Part shown: one piece after another, positions 46,196 through 54,149 of the stretch | How positions within the stretch are numbered: position 1 is the stretch's first letter | Layout of the letters: each line of letters opens with the position of its first letter | NCBI GenBank assembly: GCA_030167145.1 | Contig: CP126532.1 | Coordinates: 256,504-320,503 of the forward strand | Direction: 5' to 3' | From: Ktedonobacterales bacterium | GTDB lineage: Bacteria; Chloroflexota; Ktedonobacteria; Ktedonobacterales; JADMIN01 | Length of the DNA stretch: 64,000 bases | Made by a program: the position numbers and the translations under genes | Notes under the pieces: generated by a model | The model's database searches: none | Seen by the model: the letters and a program-made list of their open reading frames with translations, nothing else | Told to the model about the DNA's origin: nothing

Positions 46196-47212
46196 ATGCG
46201 ACTGGGACTCAGTCTTGGGTATTGGGGGGCACGACCGGCGGATGCGCTGCCGCTGGTGCAGGAGGCGGAACAGCTTGGCTTCGATTCGATCTGGACATCG
46301 GAGGCGTATGGCTCCGATGGCGTGACGCCGCTGGCATGGCTTGGCGCGCTGACCAGCCGGATCAAGCTCGGCACCGACATCTTGCAGATTCCGGCGCGCA
46401 CGCCCGCCATGACCGCGATGACCGCCGCCACGCTGGATCTGCTGAGCAACGGTCGCGTGCTGCTGGGGCTGGGAGTGTCGGGGCCGCAGGTGGTGGAAGG
46501 CTGGCATGGCCGTCCGTATGGCAAGCCGCTGGTGCGCACGCGCGAGTATGTCGAGATATTGCGGCGCATCTGGGAGCGAAAGGATGCGTTAACCTATGAC
46601 GGTGAAGAATATCAGATTCCCTACCAGGGCGGTACCGGCCTGGGCAAGCCGCTGAAGATCACGCTGCATCCGTTACGTTCGCGCATCCCAATCTATCTGG
46701 CAGCGATTGGGCCGAAGAATGTGGAGATGGCGGGCGAAATTGCGGACGGCTGGCTACCAATCTTCTACGCGCCTGAACGCGAGAAGCTGTTTCTAGGTCC
46801 GCTGGATGTGGGGCTGGCGAAACGAACCGCCGAGGAGCCGTTCGATATTGCGCCAACGGTGACGGTGGTGCTGGGTGACGATGTGCAGATGTGCCGCGAG
46901 ATGGTGAAGCCGATGCTGGCGCTGTATATCGGCGGGATGGGCGCACGTGGGAAGAATTTCTACAATGATCTCGCCTGTCGCTACGGCTACGAGGCGGCAG
47001 CGAAAGAGATACAAGATCTCTATCTGGATGGCAAGAAGAAGGGGGCAGCGGCAGCGGTTCCCGATGAGCTAGTGGATGCGGTGGCGCTGTGTGGCCCGAA
47101 AGAGCGTATCGCCGAGCGTCTGGAAATATGGAAGCAGTCGCGAGCGACGACGCTGATCTGCGGAACGATCCAGCCGGAGGCGTTGCGGGTGATGGCTGAG
47201 CTGGCGCTGTAG
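46196..47212 (+). CDS. LLM-class (luciferase-like) F420-dependent oxidoreductase
   Basis: [11 protein letters not shown]...[19 protein letters not shown]...[20 protein letters not shown] is typical of the LLM F420-dependent oxidoreductase subfamily. Confidence 0.8.
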   Translation: MRLGLSLGYWGARPADALPLVQEAEQLGFDSIWTSEAYGSDGVTPLAWLGALTSRIKLGTDILQIPARTPAMTAMTAATLDLLSNGRVLLGLGVSGPQVVEGWHGRPYGKPLVRTREYVEILRRIWERKDALTYDGEEYQIPYQGGTGLGKPLKITLHPLRSRIPIYLAAIGPKNVEMAGEIADGWLPIFYAPEREKLFLGPLDVGLAKRTAEEPFDIAPTVTVVLGDDVQMCREMVKPMLALYIGGMGARGKNFYNDLACRYGYEAAAKEIQDLYLDGKKKGAAAAVPDELVDAVALCGPKERIAERLEIWKQSRATTLICGTIQPEALRVMAELAL

Positions 47213-47240
47213 GCTGAGTCGCTTGGAATGTACGCATGAA

Positions 47241-47268
47241 ATGGCCGGTCTCTCCAGAGACCGGCCAT
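47241..47268. terminator. perfect hairpin between convergent genes
   Basis: ATGGCCGGTCTC (47241-47252), loop TCCA, GAGACCGGCCAT (47257-47268). It lies between the stops at 47212 (+) and 47282 (-). There is no U-tract on either side. Confidence 0.5.
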
Positions 47269-47281
47269 ACGTGACATGACG

Positions 47282-48322
47282 CTAAATCTGTGGGGTCAGA
47301 TAAGTCGGCGTCGTGTCGGAGGCCAGTCCACTCGCCGTCTCGCTCGTTTCGCTCTCGGTCATGCGCTTACCCCAGATCCGCACATAGGTAACTATCGCAG
47401 CGACGAGCGCACCGAGCGTGAAGGCGCTCGCGCTGAGCCATGCGCCGCGCACACTATTGCGCGACTTGCGAGCGGTCTTGCGGACGGCTCTGGCCGTTTT
47501 GGCGGTCTGCCGTCGCGCTTGTTTAGCAGAGATAGTAGCTTTGGTGGTGGTCGCGCCCGCACGTTGGCCTGCGCGCCAGCCAGTGAGCGCGCCCATGGCC
47601 GCGCCGGTGGCGAAGGCCAGACGCCGTGCCTGTTCCTGCGTCATCCGAGTGGCGGCGCGTGACTGGTTCTGCGCGGCCCTGGCCATTTGAGCGCGTGTCG
47701 CGGCGCTCGCCTTCCAATAGCCGCGCATCTGGCCACGCGCGGTGTTGATTGTGTTGGTAGCCTGCGAGCGCAGCGCAGCCAAATCTACGGCAGTGAGCAT
47801 GGCTGCCGACCTGTCGCGCAGTGCGGCGGCTTGGGTAGGTAGTGTTTGCGTTGTCGCGCGTACCGAGCGCATGCCGCTCTGCCAGTTTTTCGCGGCATTC
47901 CTTCTGGCGCCAGCGCGCCGCGTCTGCCGCATCCAGCGCTGACCCTGGCGTGTCCAGCGCTGCGCCTGCCGACTGAGCCGGGTGGTCGTGCTGACGGGCT
48001 GGCGGCGCTGCCAAAGCAGCACACCACCAGCCACACCAGCGGCCACCGGCGCCACGACGGCGGGGATATACCACCAACGGAAGCGTGGACCTGGCTCACG
48101 CGCGGCCATACCTTGGTAGGTTTCGCCTGTTGGTATCACTTCAGTGGTCTCGACCGTCACAATCTCGACTACTCCCAAGGGTTCCCCCATCTCGCCGGCC
48201 ATCGCCTCGGCAGGCATCTCTTCGCGCTCAGGAGTGCCATCCCAGCCAAGCCGCATGCCATCGCCGTATGTCGTATCGTTCGTGTCCGTTTCACCACTGC
48301 TTCCTCGTCCCGGGTAGCCCAT
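47282..48322 (-). CDS. hypothetical membrane protein, Arg/Ala/Gln/Thr-rich low-complexity
   Basis: 346-aa ORF. An acidic N-terminus is followed by a TM helix (WWYIPAVVAPVAAGVAGGVLLW). A long basic repetitive region follows (RLSRQAQRWTRQGQRWMRQTRRAG...), then a second TM helix near the C-terminus. I recognise no family. Confidence 0.45.
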   Translation of the reverse strand: MGYPGRGSSGETDTNDTTYGDGMRLGWDGTPEREEMPAEAMAGEMGEPLGVVEIVTVETTEVIPTGETYQGMAAREPGPRFRWWYIPAVVAPVAAGVAGGVLLWQRRQPVSTTTRLSRQAQRWTRQGQRWMRQTRRAGARRNAAKNWQSGMRSVRATTQTLPTQAAALRDRSAAMLTAVDLAALRSQATNTINTARGQMRGYWKASAATRAQMARAAQNQSRAATRMTQEQARRLAFATGAAMGALTGWRAGQRAGATTTKATISAKQARRQTAKTARAVRKTARKSRNSVRGAWLSASAFTLGALVAAIVTYVRIWGKRMTESETSETASGLASDTTPTYLTPQI

Positions 48323-48456
48323 GTGCTTATTCCTCCTGTGGAATGGTGTGTTGGTTTATCATCTGCGCTCGTGCGTGCGGCATTGCCACCACGCCAAAGC
48401 AGGAAGCTATCCGCACATTCTATGCCGTATCAAGAGCAGACTCGGCGCGTGAGAGC

Positions 48457-49638
48457 TAGTGCGTGTCCAAGATAGGTGAACGAGAATGTGGTACGCTGGT
48501 GAGCATGAGACCACCGATCTTTGTTCGGCCGCTGAGCGAGGAGGAGCGGACGGCGCTCGAGAAGGGGCTGCACTCGACAGACGCCTTTGTCTTGCGGCGC
48601 TGCCAGATCCTCTTGGCCAGCGCCCGCGGGGAGCGTGCCCCCCGCATCGCCGGGTATTTGGGTATCGACGACCAGACGGTACTCGATGCCCTGCATGCCT
48701 TCAACGCGACCGGGCTCCAGGCGCTCGTCAAAGGCTCCTCACGGCCCAAACGCACGCGCTTGGCCATTGGCCCAGAGCAGGCCGAGCGGCTGCGCGGCCT
48801 CGTGCACCGCAGTCCCCGCGACTTTGGCAAACCGACCAGTGTCTGGACGCTGGATTTGGTAGCCGAAGTCAGTGTTGCCGAGGGCCTGATCGCCACGCGG
48901 GTGAGTGGGGAGACCATCCGGCAGACGCTGCTGCGGCGCGGCGTCAGGTGGGAGCGGGCCAAACACTGGATTACCAGCCCCGACCTGGCATATACCCGAA
49001 AAAAGGGCAGCGTGACCGCCTGATCGCTCGTGCCCAGCAGCATCCCGATTGGGTACTCGGATTCGCCGACGAGACCTGGTGGAGTCGGCTGGCCCGTCCG
49101 CAGATGCACAGTTGGACTGCGGCCACCGACGGGCCGCTCCGCCTGATTGAGCAGGAGATTCCCACAGCCGATCCTGACCCGAAGGCGTTGGCCTGCTATG
49201 GCGTACTGCTGCGGCAGGTTGGGCAGCGGGAACGGGTCTGGCTGCGCTTCGTGACGGGGCGACCGGTGAGCGCCATCACCGAGCAGTTCTTGGCGTGGTG
49301 CTGCACCCAGCTGCACGCAGCGGGCATCCGCGTCTGGGCGCTGATCTGGGACAACGCCTCCTGGCATGTCAGTAAACGGGTGCGGGCCTGGATTCGCGCC
49401 CACAACCGGCAGGTCAAGCAGCGTGGGCAGGGCGTGCGTATCCTGTTGTGCTACCTGCCCGTCAAGAGTCCGTGGCTCAATCCCATCGAACCCACATGGG
49501 TGCACGGCAAGCGGAGTATCGTCGAACCCACCCGCCTGCTTAGCGCTCAGGAGGTGGCCGACCGCGTCTGTGCCTACGTGGGTTGCTCCCATGAACCGCA
49601 CCTCACGATTCCCGACAAGGTAGCCTGATCTCGCACTA
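48457..49638 (+). mobile_element. IS630-family insertion sequence (about 1.18 kb) flanked by TA
   Basis: The termini are CTAGTGCG (48456-48463) and CGCACTAG (49632-49639), a short terminal inverted repeat with TA at both junctions (48457-58 and 49637-38). This is consistent with IS630/Tc1 TA target duplication. The element encodes an HTH plus DDE transposase. Confidence 0.75.
48505..49628 (+). CDS. IS630-family transposase, two frames joined by a -1 frameshift
   Basis: Frame A (track 48463..49023) gives the HTH part (LSEEERTALEKGL...RRCQILLASARGERAPRIAGYLGIDDQTVL). The -1 frame gives the DDE part (LGFADETWWSRL...LIWDNASWHVSK...LPVKSPWLNPIEPTW). The slippery heptamer A_AAA_AAG is at 48999-49005. 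Confidence 0.75.
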
Positions 49639-49754
49639 GGCATGTATGAGATGGGCTGTGGAAGGATGACGTGTGGAGTATCTGAGCCACAGGTATCGGG
49701 CATGGGATGTGCGTAACCGTCGCGTATCCGTCGAGGAATCGTGAGGAGGGTTGC

Positions 49755-49794
49755 GATGACCAAGATGAAGTTCAGATGACCAAGATGAAGTTCA
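49755..49794 (+). repeat. perfect 20-bp tandem duplication spanning the amphi-Trp gene start
   Basis: GATGACCAAGATGAAGTTCA occurs at 49755-49774 and again at 49775-49794. Confidence 0.9.
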
Positions 49795-50048
49795 AGAGAC
49801 AGGAGCGCGTGACGCGGAGCGAGGCAGCCGACCGACTAACGCAACTCGCGGAGGCGCTCAGGAACAGCGCGAAGTTCGACCTGGAACGCGGCGGGGAGAA
49901 GATTGAGCGTGAGCTCGACATATCGGAGGATGTGCTGCTCGAATTCGAGGTCGAGTTCAAAGACGGCGCGGCGGATCTCGAAGTGGAGATCAAGTGGCCG
50001 TCCATGATGTCGTCGGCTCCGCGCGCTGGGTCAGCGTCAGGGTGCTAA
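49776..50048 (+). CDS. amphi-Trp domain protein
   Basis: The track ORF is 49707..50048, with the start placed at MTKMKFKRQERV (49776). RSEAADRLTQLAEAL...FDLERGGEKIERELDISEDVLLEFEVEFKDGAADLEVEIKW matches the amphi-Trp pattern, which ends in a Trp. Confidence 0.6.
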   Translation: MTKMKFKRQERVTRSEAADRLTQLAEALRNSAKFDLERGGEKIERELDISEDVLLEFEVEFKDGAADLEVEIKWPSMMSSAPRAGSASGC

Positions 50049-50094
50049 GCGGATGACGGAGCGGATGACGGGGGGATGACGGAGCGGATGACGG
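50048..50094. repeat. 12-bp tandem repeat AGCGGATGACGG, 4 copies (third copy variant GGGGATGACGG)
   Basis: Read directly, starting at the last base of the amphi-Trp stop codon. The core GGAGCGGATGA is shared with 18456-18484. Confidence 0.8.
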
Positions 50095-50688
50095 CACAAG
50101 CGCCTTCCGCCCATCAGCACAACTTGGTCCACAACTTGTGCCAATCCGCTTAGCAGTTCCAGAGTTCGAGAAGCGACGTTAATTCTCTCGGCCCTCAATG
50201 TGCGTCCATTGCAGCAGGTGCTCGTGCTTGTAACCAATTATCAGCCGCAGATGATGAAGTCGAGAGTTGATCCTTTCGTGACCCCAAAGATGAGTTCATG
50301 GGCGCCCAAATGATCGATTTCCGTGCGGAAGGGATCGCGGAAAAGCCCGCCTTCATCTGAAGGCGGTGCAGCCGACGCTGTCTTTTTCCCGTTTCTGGAT
50401 TCTTCAAGTCCGAATGGACATTATGCCGATCGCTATTGGTCAGTGTTGATGCTGGCCGCACTTCTGGAGTAGTTGTCCTTCCAACATTTGCGGGATGTTC
50501 TCGTCAATCCAACATAAGGCAGTGATACTAGAGTGATCCAAATCCTCGACACTCCCCTCAGGCCCGATGTAACGCTCCCTGAGTAGCATCGCCTCATGTC
50601 GCCTAGATTCTTTCGTTCAAAAAAGCGCATGTTGGATTCCCATGCGCATGTGCCGGTTGAACGACCAGCACTTAAGGGGATCACCCGA

Positions 50689-53600
50689 TCACTGGGGAAG
50701 AGACTCCAATGCCTGCAATGCCTGTTCGATCTTTGTAGCGTAGAGCCGTTCGCCCAGTCGGTGGAGGATGACCAACGCCGCTTGGTAATTCTCTTGTGCC
50801 AGCTCCTTCTCGCCCTTCACGGCATGGAGTTGGCCGTAGACGGAGAGCACCTTGGCCTCCGCGTAGGGGTAGGGCATCGGGCGCGCCAGGGCGAGCGCTT
50901 CATCGAGCGCGGCTGCCGCCTCGTCCCACCGCCCACAACGCACATCGAGCAGCGCCTGTACGCGCAGGGCGTCGAGCAGCGCCAACTGATGCTGCTCGCG
51001 GCGGCACCGGTCCAAAGCCTCGGTCGTCACCGCTTCCGCCCGACGGAGATCGCCTGCCGCCAGGTGCGCCCAGGCGAGCAGCGGCAGCAGGGGCGTGGCG
51101 TCAATGCCCTCCCGGCCCTGGCCCGCTGGTGCTCCAAGGAGGGGATCAAGCCGACCGAGCGCATCGTCAGGATGCCCGGCGAGTAGATCTCGCTCAGCGA
51201 GACATCCCTGCACTGGCCGCAGCAGTCGCGGTGGCAGGCCGCGCCGCGCCAGGGCGAGCGCCAGTTCGAGGTAGCGGCCCCCACGCTCGTCCTCGCCCCG
51301 CGCACACGAGAGCTGTCCCAACCCAAGGAGCGCGTGGCCGGCCGCACTCCCACTCACCTCCGCGGTCGCTACCGGCTGGGCCACGACACGACCGTGTTCG
51401 AAGTACGCGTGTGCGCGCTGCCAGTCCCCCGTGTAGAAGGCATGCAGACCAGTCCAGTAGCATACGTACGCGATGTTGAGGGGATTGCCCGTGAGTTCAG
51501 CCACCTCGCCCGCATGCACGATGTGGACGAGAAACCGATCAAAACGTCCGAGGCAGGCATAGGACTCGCCAAGATGGACCAGCATCCAGCCAAGGGTATC
51601 GCCATCTCCCCCTGCTTCAATGGTCGGAAGCGCGGACTCCACGGGGGGAATGCTCTGGCTGAGGTGGCCCAGCATGAGCAGGGCGGCATGGTACAGGGAC
51701 TCCGCCCAGGCCACTGCTTCGCGGTCGTTGGCCAGCGTACGTGCTACCTCCAGGGCTCGCTGCGCTACGCTGGCCTGCTCGCGATACCTGGCGGCAGACC
51801 AATAGAGCATCGTCAGTCCGGTGTGTATGGCTAGCGCGCTGGGTGACGGTGGGTCCGGATCCACTGCCTGCGCCACGGATTCTAGGCTAAGAATGCCTGC
51901 GTCAATGCCCCCACTCCTTCCATAAGCACGCCCGGCCAGCGCCATCGCGCGCGCGTAGCTGTCCATATCGCCTGCGTCGCGATAGGCGCCGGCCGCTCGG
52001 CTCAGCAGCGCAATCGCCTCGTCGTCGCGCGCTACGGTCACGAGAACCGTGCCGAGCCGTTCGGCGGCACGGGCGGTGTCCAGTGGGTGCCCCAGCTCCT
52101 CATAGTGCTGCAGCAGTTCGCGGTAGATGTGCTCTGCCTCGACATTGGCGTAGCGCGCCTGCGCCAGCTCTCCGGCGCGCTCGAGATACGGCAGGGCGCG
52201 CAACGTCTCGCCGCCCCGCGCGAAGTGCTGAGCCAGCTCCGCAGCGCGCCGATCGCGCGCTGTCTCCGCAAGACTGGCCTCGAGCGTCTCAGCGATCACA
52301 CGATGGGCCGCGCGTCGGCGCCAGGCGCCGAGATCAGCCTCTGCCACCTCGCGAATCAGGTCGTGTGCGAAACGGTAGGCGTCGTCGCCCGCCTCCAGCA
52401 GCAGGCGCGCCTGAACCGCCGCTGTTACGATCCGAGTGGCCGCGTTGCGGTCAAAACTCAGCCAGGCGATCAGTGCCTCCAGCACCGATGGTTCAATACG
52501 CCGTCCCGCGATCGCTGCGGCCCCCAAAAGCTCGCGTGCGCCAGCGGGCAAGAGCGCAATCCGCTGGTGGATGCTCTGGGCCGCATCCCAGGGCACCGTA
52601 TCTCGCCCGGCAGTGAGATCCGCCTCTGCAGCACGAGCGCAACTCGCAAGGTAGAAGGGGATGCCGCCTGCGCGCTCCAGCAGCCGATCGATCAGCACCG
52701 CACGCCCCACAGTATCCACATCGCCCAACAGACTCTCTAACAGCGCGCGCGCCTCTGCTGGCGCCAGGGGCCCAATCGGCAGATTGTCCGCCAGGCCGTC
52801 GCGTGCGAGGTCAGCGAGCAGATCGGAGAGTGGGTGATCGGCACGTACTTCGGTCGAGCGATAGGCAGCAAGCAACAACAGCGGACGTCCAGACGCAGCG
52901 CGGGAGGCAGCAACGAGCGAGCCGAGCAGATCGAATGTGTCCGCACCGGCCCACTGGAGATCATCCAGCACAAGAAGCGTACCTGCAGGTCCGGCGATGT
53001 TGGCGAGATAGCGGGCGACAGCGGCAAACATCAGTCGGCGCTCCTGCTCTGGCGGCAGCGTCCAGCGCGGTGCGGGGACGGCCGCCAAGTCGGCAAGCTC
53101 GGGCAGCAGGCGCACCAGCCAGGATGCGCCCTGCAGAGCGGCTCGCACCTGCGCCCCAGAGCGGCTGGCGAGATCAAGTGCGAGGGCATCCAGCAATGGC
53201 GCAAACGGTGTCTGGCTGCCGCGCCGTTGGCACCCGCCTTCCAGCACTGTCCATCCCACCGTTCGCGCATTGGTGGCCGCTTCGCGTAGCAGCCGCGACT
53301 TACCGATTCCTGGCTCACCAGCCAGCACCAACAGGGGTGCCCCATCGCTCGTCTCGAGGCGCTGTTCCAGCGCGCGCAACTCCTGGCGGCGTCCTGTCAG
53401 TGGTGTGCTGGGTTGCCGAAATCCTGGTCTCGGCATGGGTAGTGCGCTGACTGGGGCGGTCTGATGTGTCGTATCTGGAAGCCAGGGACGTGCGGAGATC
53501 TCTAGCAGTGCGCGCGCTGCAGCGTTCAAGCTGAGGGCGTTGGCCAGGAGGGTGATGGTCTCGCGGTGCGGCGAGAGGCGCTCGCCGGTTTCGAGGGCGC

Positions 53601-53742
53601 CAATCGCCCGGCGGCTCAGCCCGGCGCGCTCCGCCAGTTCCTCCTGCGTCAGCCCGGCGGCGACACGATAACGCCTGAGGAGATCACCAAATGATCGTGG
53701 CTGGCTGCCGGCCATGATCTCCTCGCTCCACTTCCTCGCCAC
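50689..53742 (-). CDS. STAND-type regulator: XRE HTH + AAA/NB-ARC-like ATPase + TPR array
   Basis: The N-terminal HTH is FGDLLRRYRVAAGLTQEELAERAGLSRRAIGALETGER. Walker A is LVLAGEPGIGKSRLL and Walker B is TLLVLDDLQWAG. The roughly 600-aa C-terminus consists of TPR-like helical repeats. The start may be the Met at 53715. It is divergent from the Tc toxin gene. Confidence 0.8.
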   Translation of the reverse strand: MARKWSEEIMAGSQPRSFGDLLRRYRVAAGLTQEELAERAGLSRRAIGALETGERLSPHRETITLLANALSLNAAARALLEISARPWLPDTTHQTAPVSALPMPRPGFRQPSTPLTGRRQELRALEQRLETSDGAPLLVLAGEPGIGKSRLLREAATNARTVGWTVLEGGCQRRGSQTPFAPLLDALALDLASRSGAQVRAALQGASWLVRLLPELADLAAVPAPRWTLPPEQERRLMFAAVARYLANIAGPAGTLLVLDDLQWAGADTFDLLGSLVAASRAASGRPLLLLAAYRSTEVRADHPLSDLLADLARDGLADNLPIGPLAPAEARALLESLLGDVDTVGRAVLIDRLLERAGGIPFYLASCARAAEADLTAGRDTVPWDAAQSIHQRIALLPAGARELLGAAAIAGRRIEPSVLEALIAWLSFDRNAATRIVTAAVQARLLLEAGDDAYRFAHDLIREVAEADLGAWRRRAAHRVIAETLEASLAETARDRRAAELAQHFARGGETLRALPYLERAGELAQARYANVEAEHIYRELLQHYEELGHPLDTARAAERLGTVLVTVARDDEAIALLSRAAGAYRDAGDMDSYARAMALAGRAYGRSGGIDAGILSLESVAQAVDPDPPSPSALAIHTGLTMLYWSAARYREQASVAQRALEVARTLANDREAVAWAESLYHAALLMLGHLSQSIPPVESALPTIEAGGDGDTLGWMLVHLGESYACLGRFDRFLVHIVHAGEVAELTGNPLNIAYVCYWTGLHAFYTGDWQRAHAYFEHGRVVAQPVATAEVSGSAAGHALLGLGQLSCARGEDERGGRYLELALALARRGLPPRLLRPVQGCLAERDLLAGHPDDALGRLDPLLGAPAGQGREGIDATPLLPLLAWAHLAAGDLRRAEAVTTEALDRCRREQHQLALLDALRVQALLDVRCGRWDEAAAALDEALALARPMPYPYAEAKVLSVYGQLHAVKGEKELAQENYQAALVILHRLGERLYATKIEQALQALESLPQ

Positions 53743-53813
53743 ATTGAAGCCAGATCAATTCGCGATGTTCAGGCCTGGATGGCGTTGAGTACGCACAAAT
53801 GAGGACTCAAGCT

Positions 53814-53835
53814 GAGGTATTTCCGAGGTATTTCC
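53814..53835. repeat. 11-bp tandem repeat GAGGTATTTCC, 2 copies, in the divergent promoter region
   Basis: Read directly. It lies in the AT-richest part of the 53743-54149 intergenic region. Confidence 0.8.
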
Positions 53836-53890
53836 ACTGAGATCATTATCGTACATAGTCTGTATATCTGCAATGGGAATGTCTGCGAGA

Positions 53891-53940
53891 TTGTGCGCAT
53901 GGTTGTGCGCATGGTTGTGCGCATGGTTGTGCGCATTGTG
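53891..53940. repeat. 12-bp tandem repeat GTGCGCATGGTT, 3 perfect copies plus 1 variant, each containing the palindrome TGCGCA
   Basis: Perfect copies are at 53893-53904, 53905-53916 and 53917-53928. The variant GTGCGCATTGTG is at 53929-53940. The array sits between the STAND regulator start and the Tc fusion gene start. Confidence 0.9.
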
Positions 53941-54149
53941 CCTGGAACTAGGAGCGAGTGCCTGGCAGACTTGTGGGTGAGGCGAGCGCCCGCCACATGC
54001 CATCGGCTGGCGTGTCCTTCGCAGCCAGAAGAACACAAGCCCTCAACGGGGTTCAACTCACTGACTGGGAGGTGCATACGTATGCTTGCTTGTCTACGCA
54101 TTGTGCCAGTTACTTTCATGCTCTGAGCAGTTGGCTGGGGGTGAGGAGT

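Noticed and set aside
48456-49763. A 435-aa minus-strand ORF covering the IS630 element.
   Set aside because: It is the mirror of the transposase frames. The plus-strand frames carry the recognisable HTH and DDE motifs.
50195-50684. Two minus-strand ORFs (88 and 83 aa) in the AT-richer stretch downstream of the STAND regulator.
   Set aside because: The translations are not convincing and neighbouring frames contain broken protein-like fragments. I treated the region as probable gene remnants rather than live genes.
53755-54036. A minus-strand ORF containing HNHAHNHAHNHAHN. It could be mistaken for an HNH or metal-binding peptide.
   Set aside because: The His-Asn-His-Ala run is simply the translation of the 12-bp tandem DNA repeat at 53893-53940. 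The ORF has no start context or other protein-like sequence.
53958-54149. The upstream 64-codon extension of the Tc fusion ORF given in the track.
   Set aside because: The extension is not SpvB-like, and its start lies only about 20 nt downstream of the tandem-repeat control region. The Met at 54150 has a purine-rich SD-like tract. The true start still needs experimental or comparative support.
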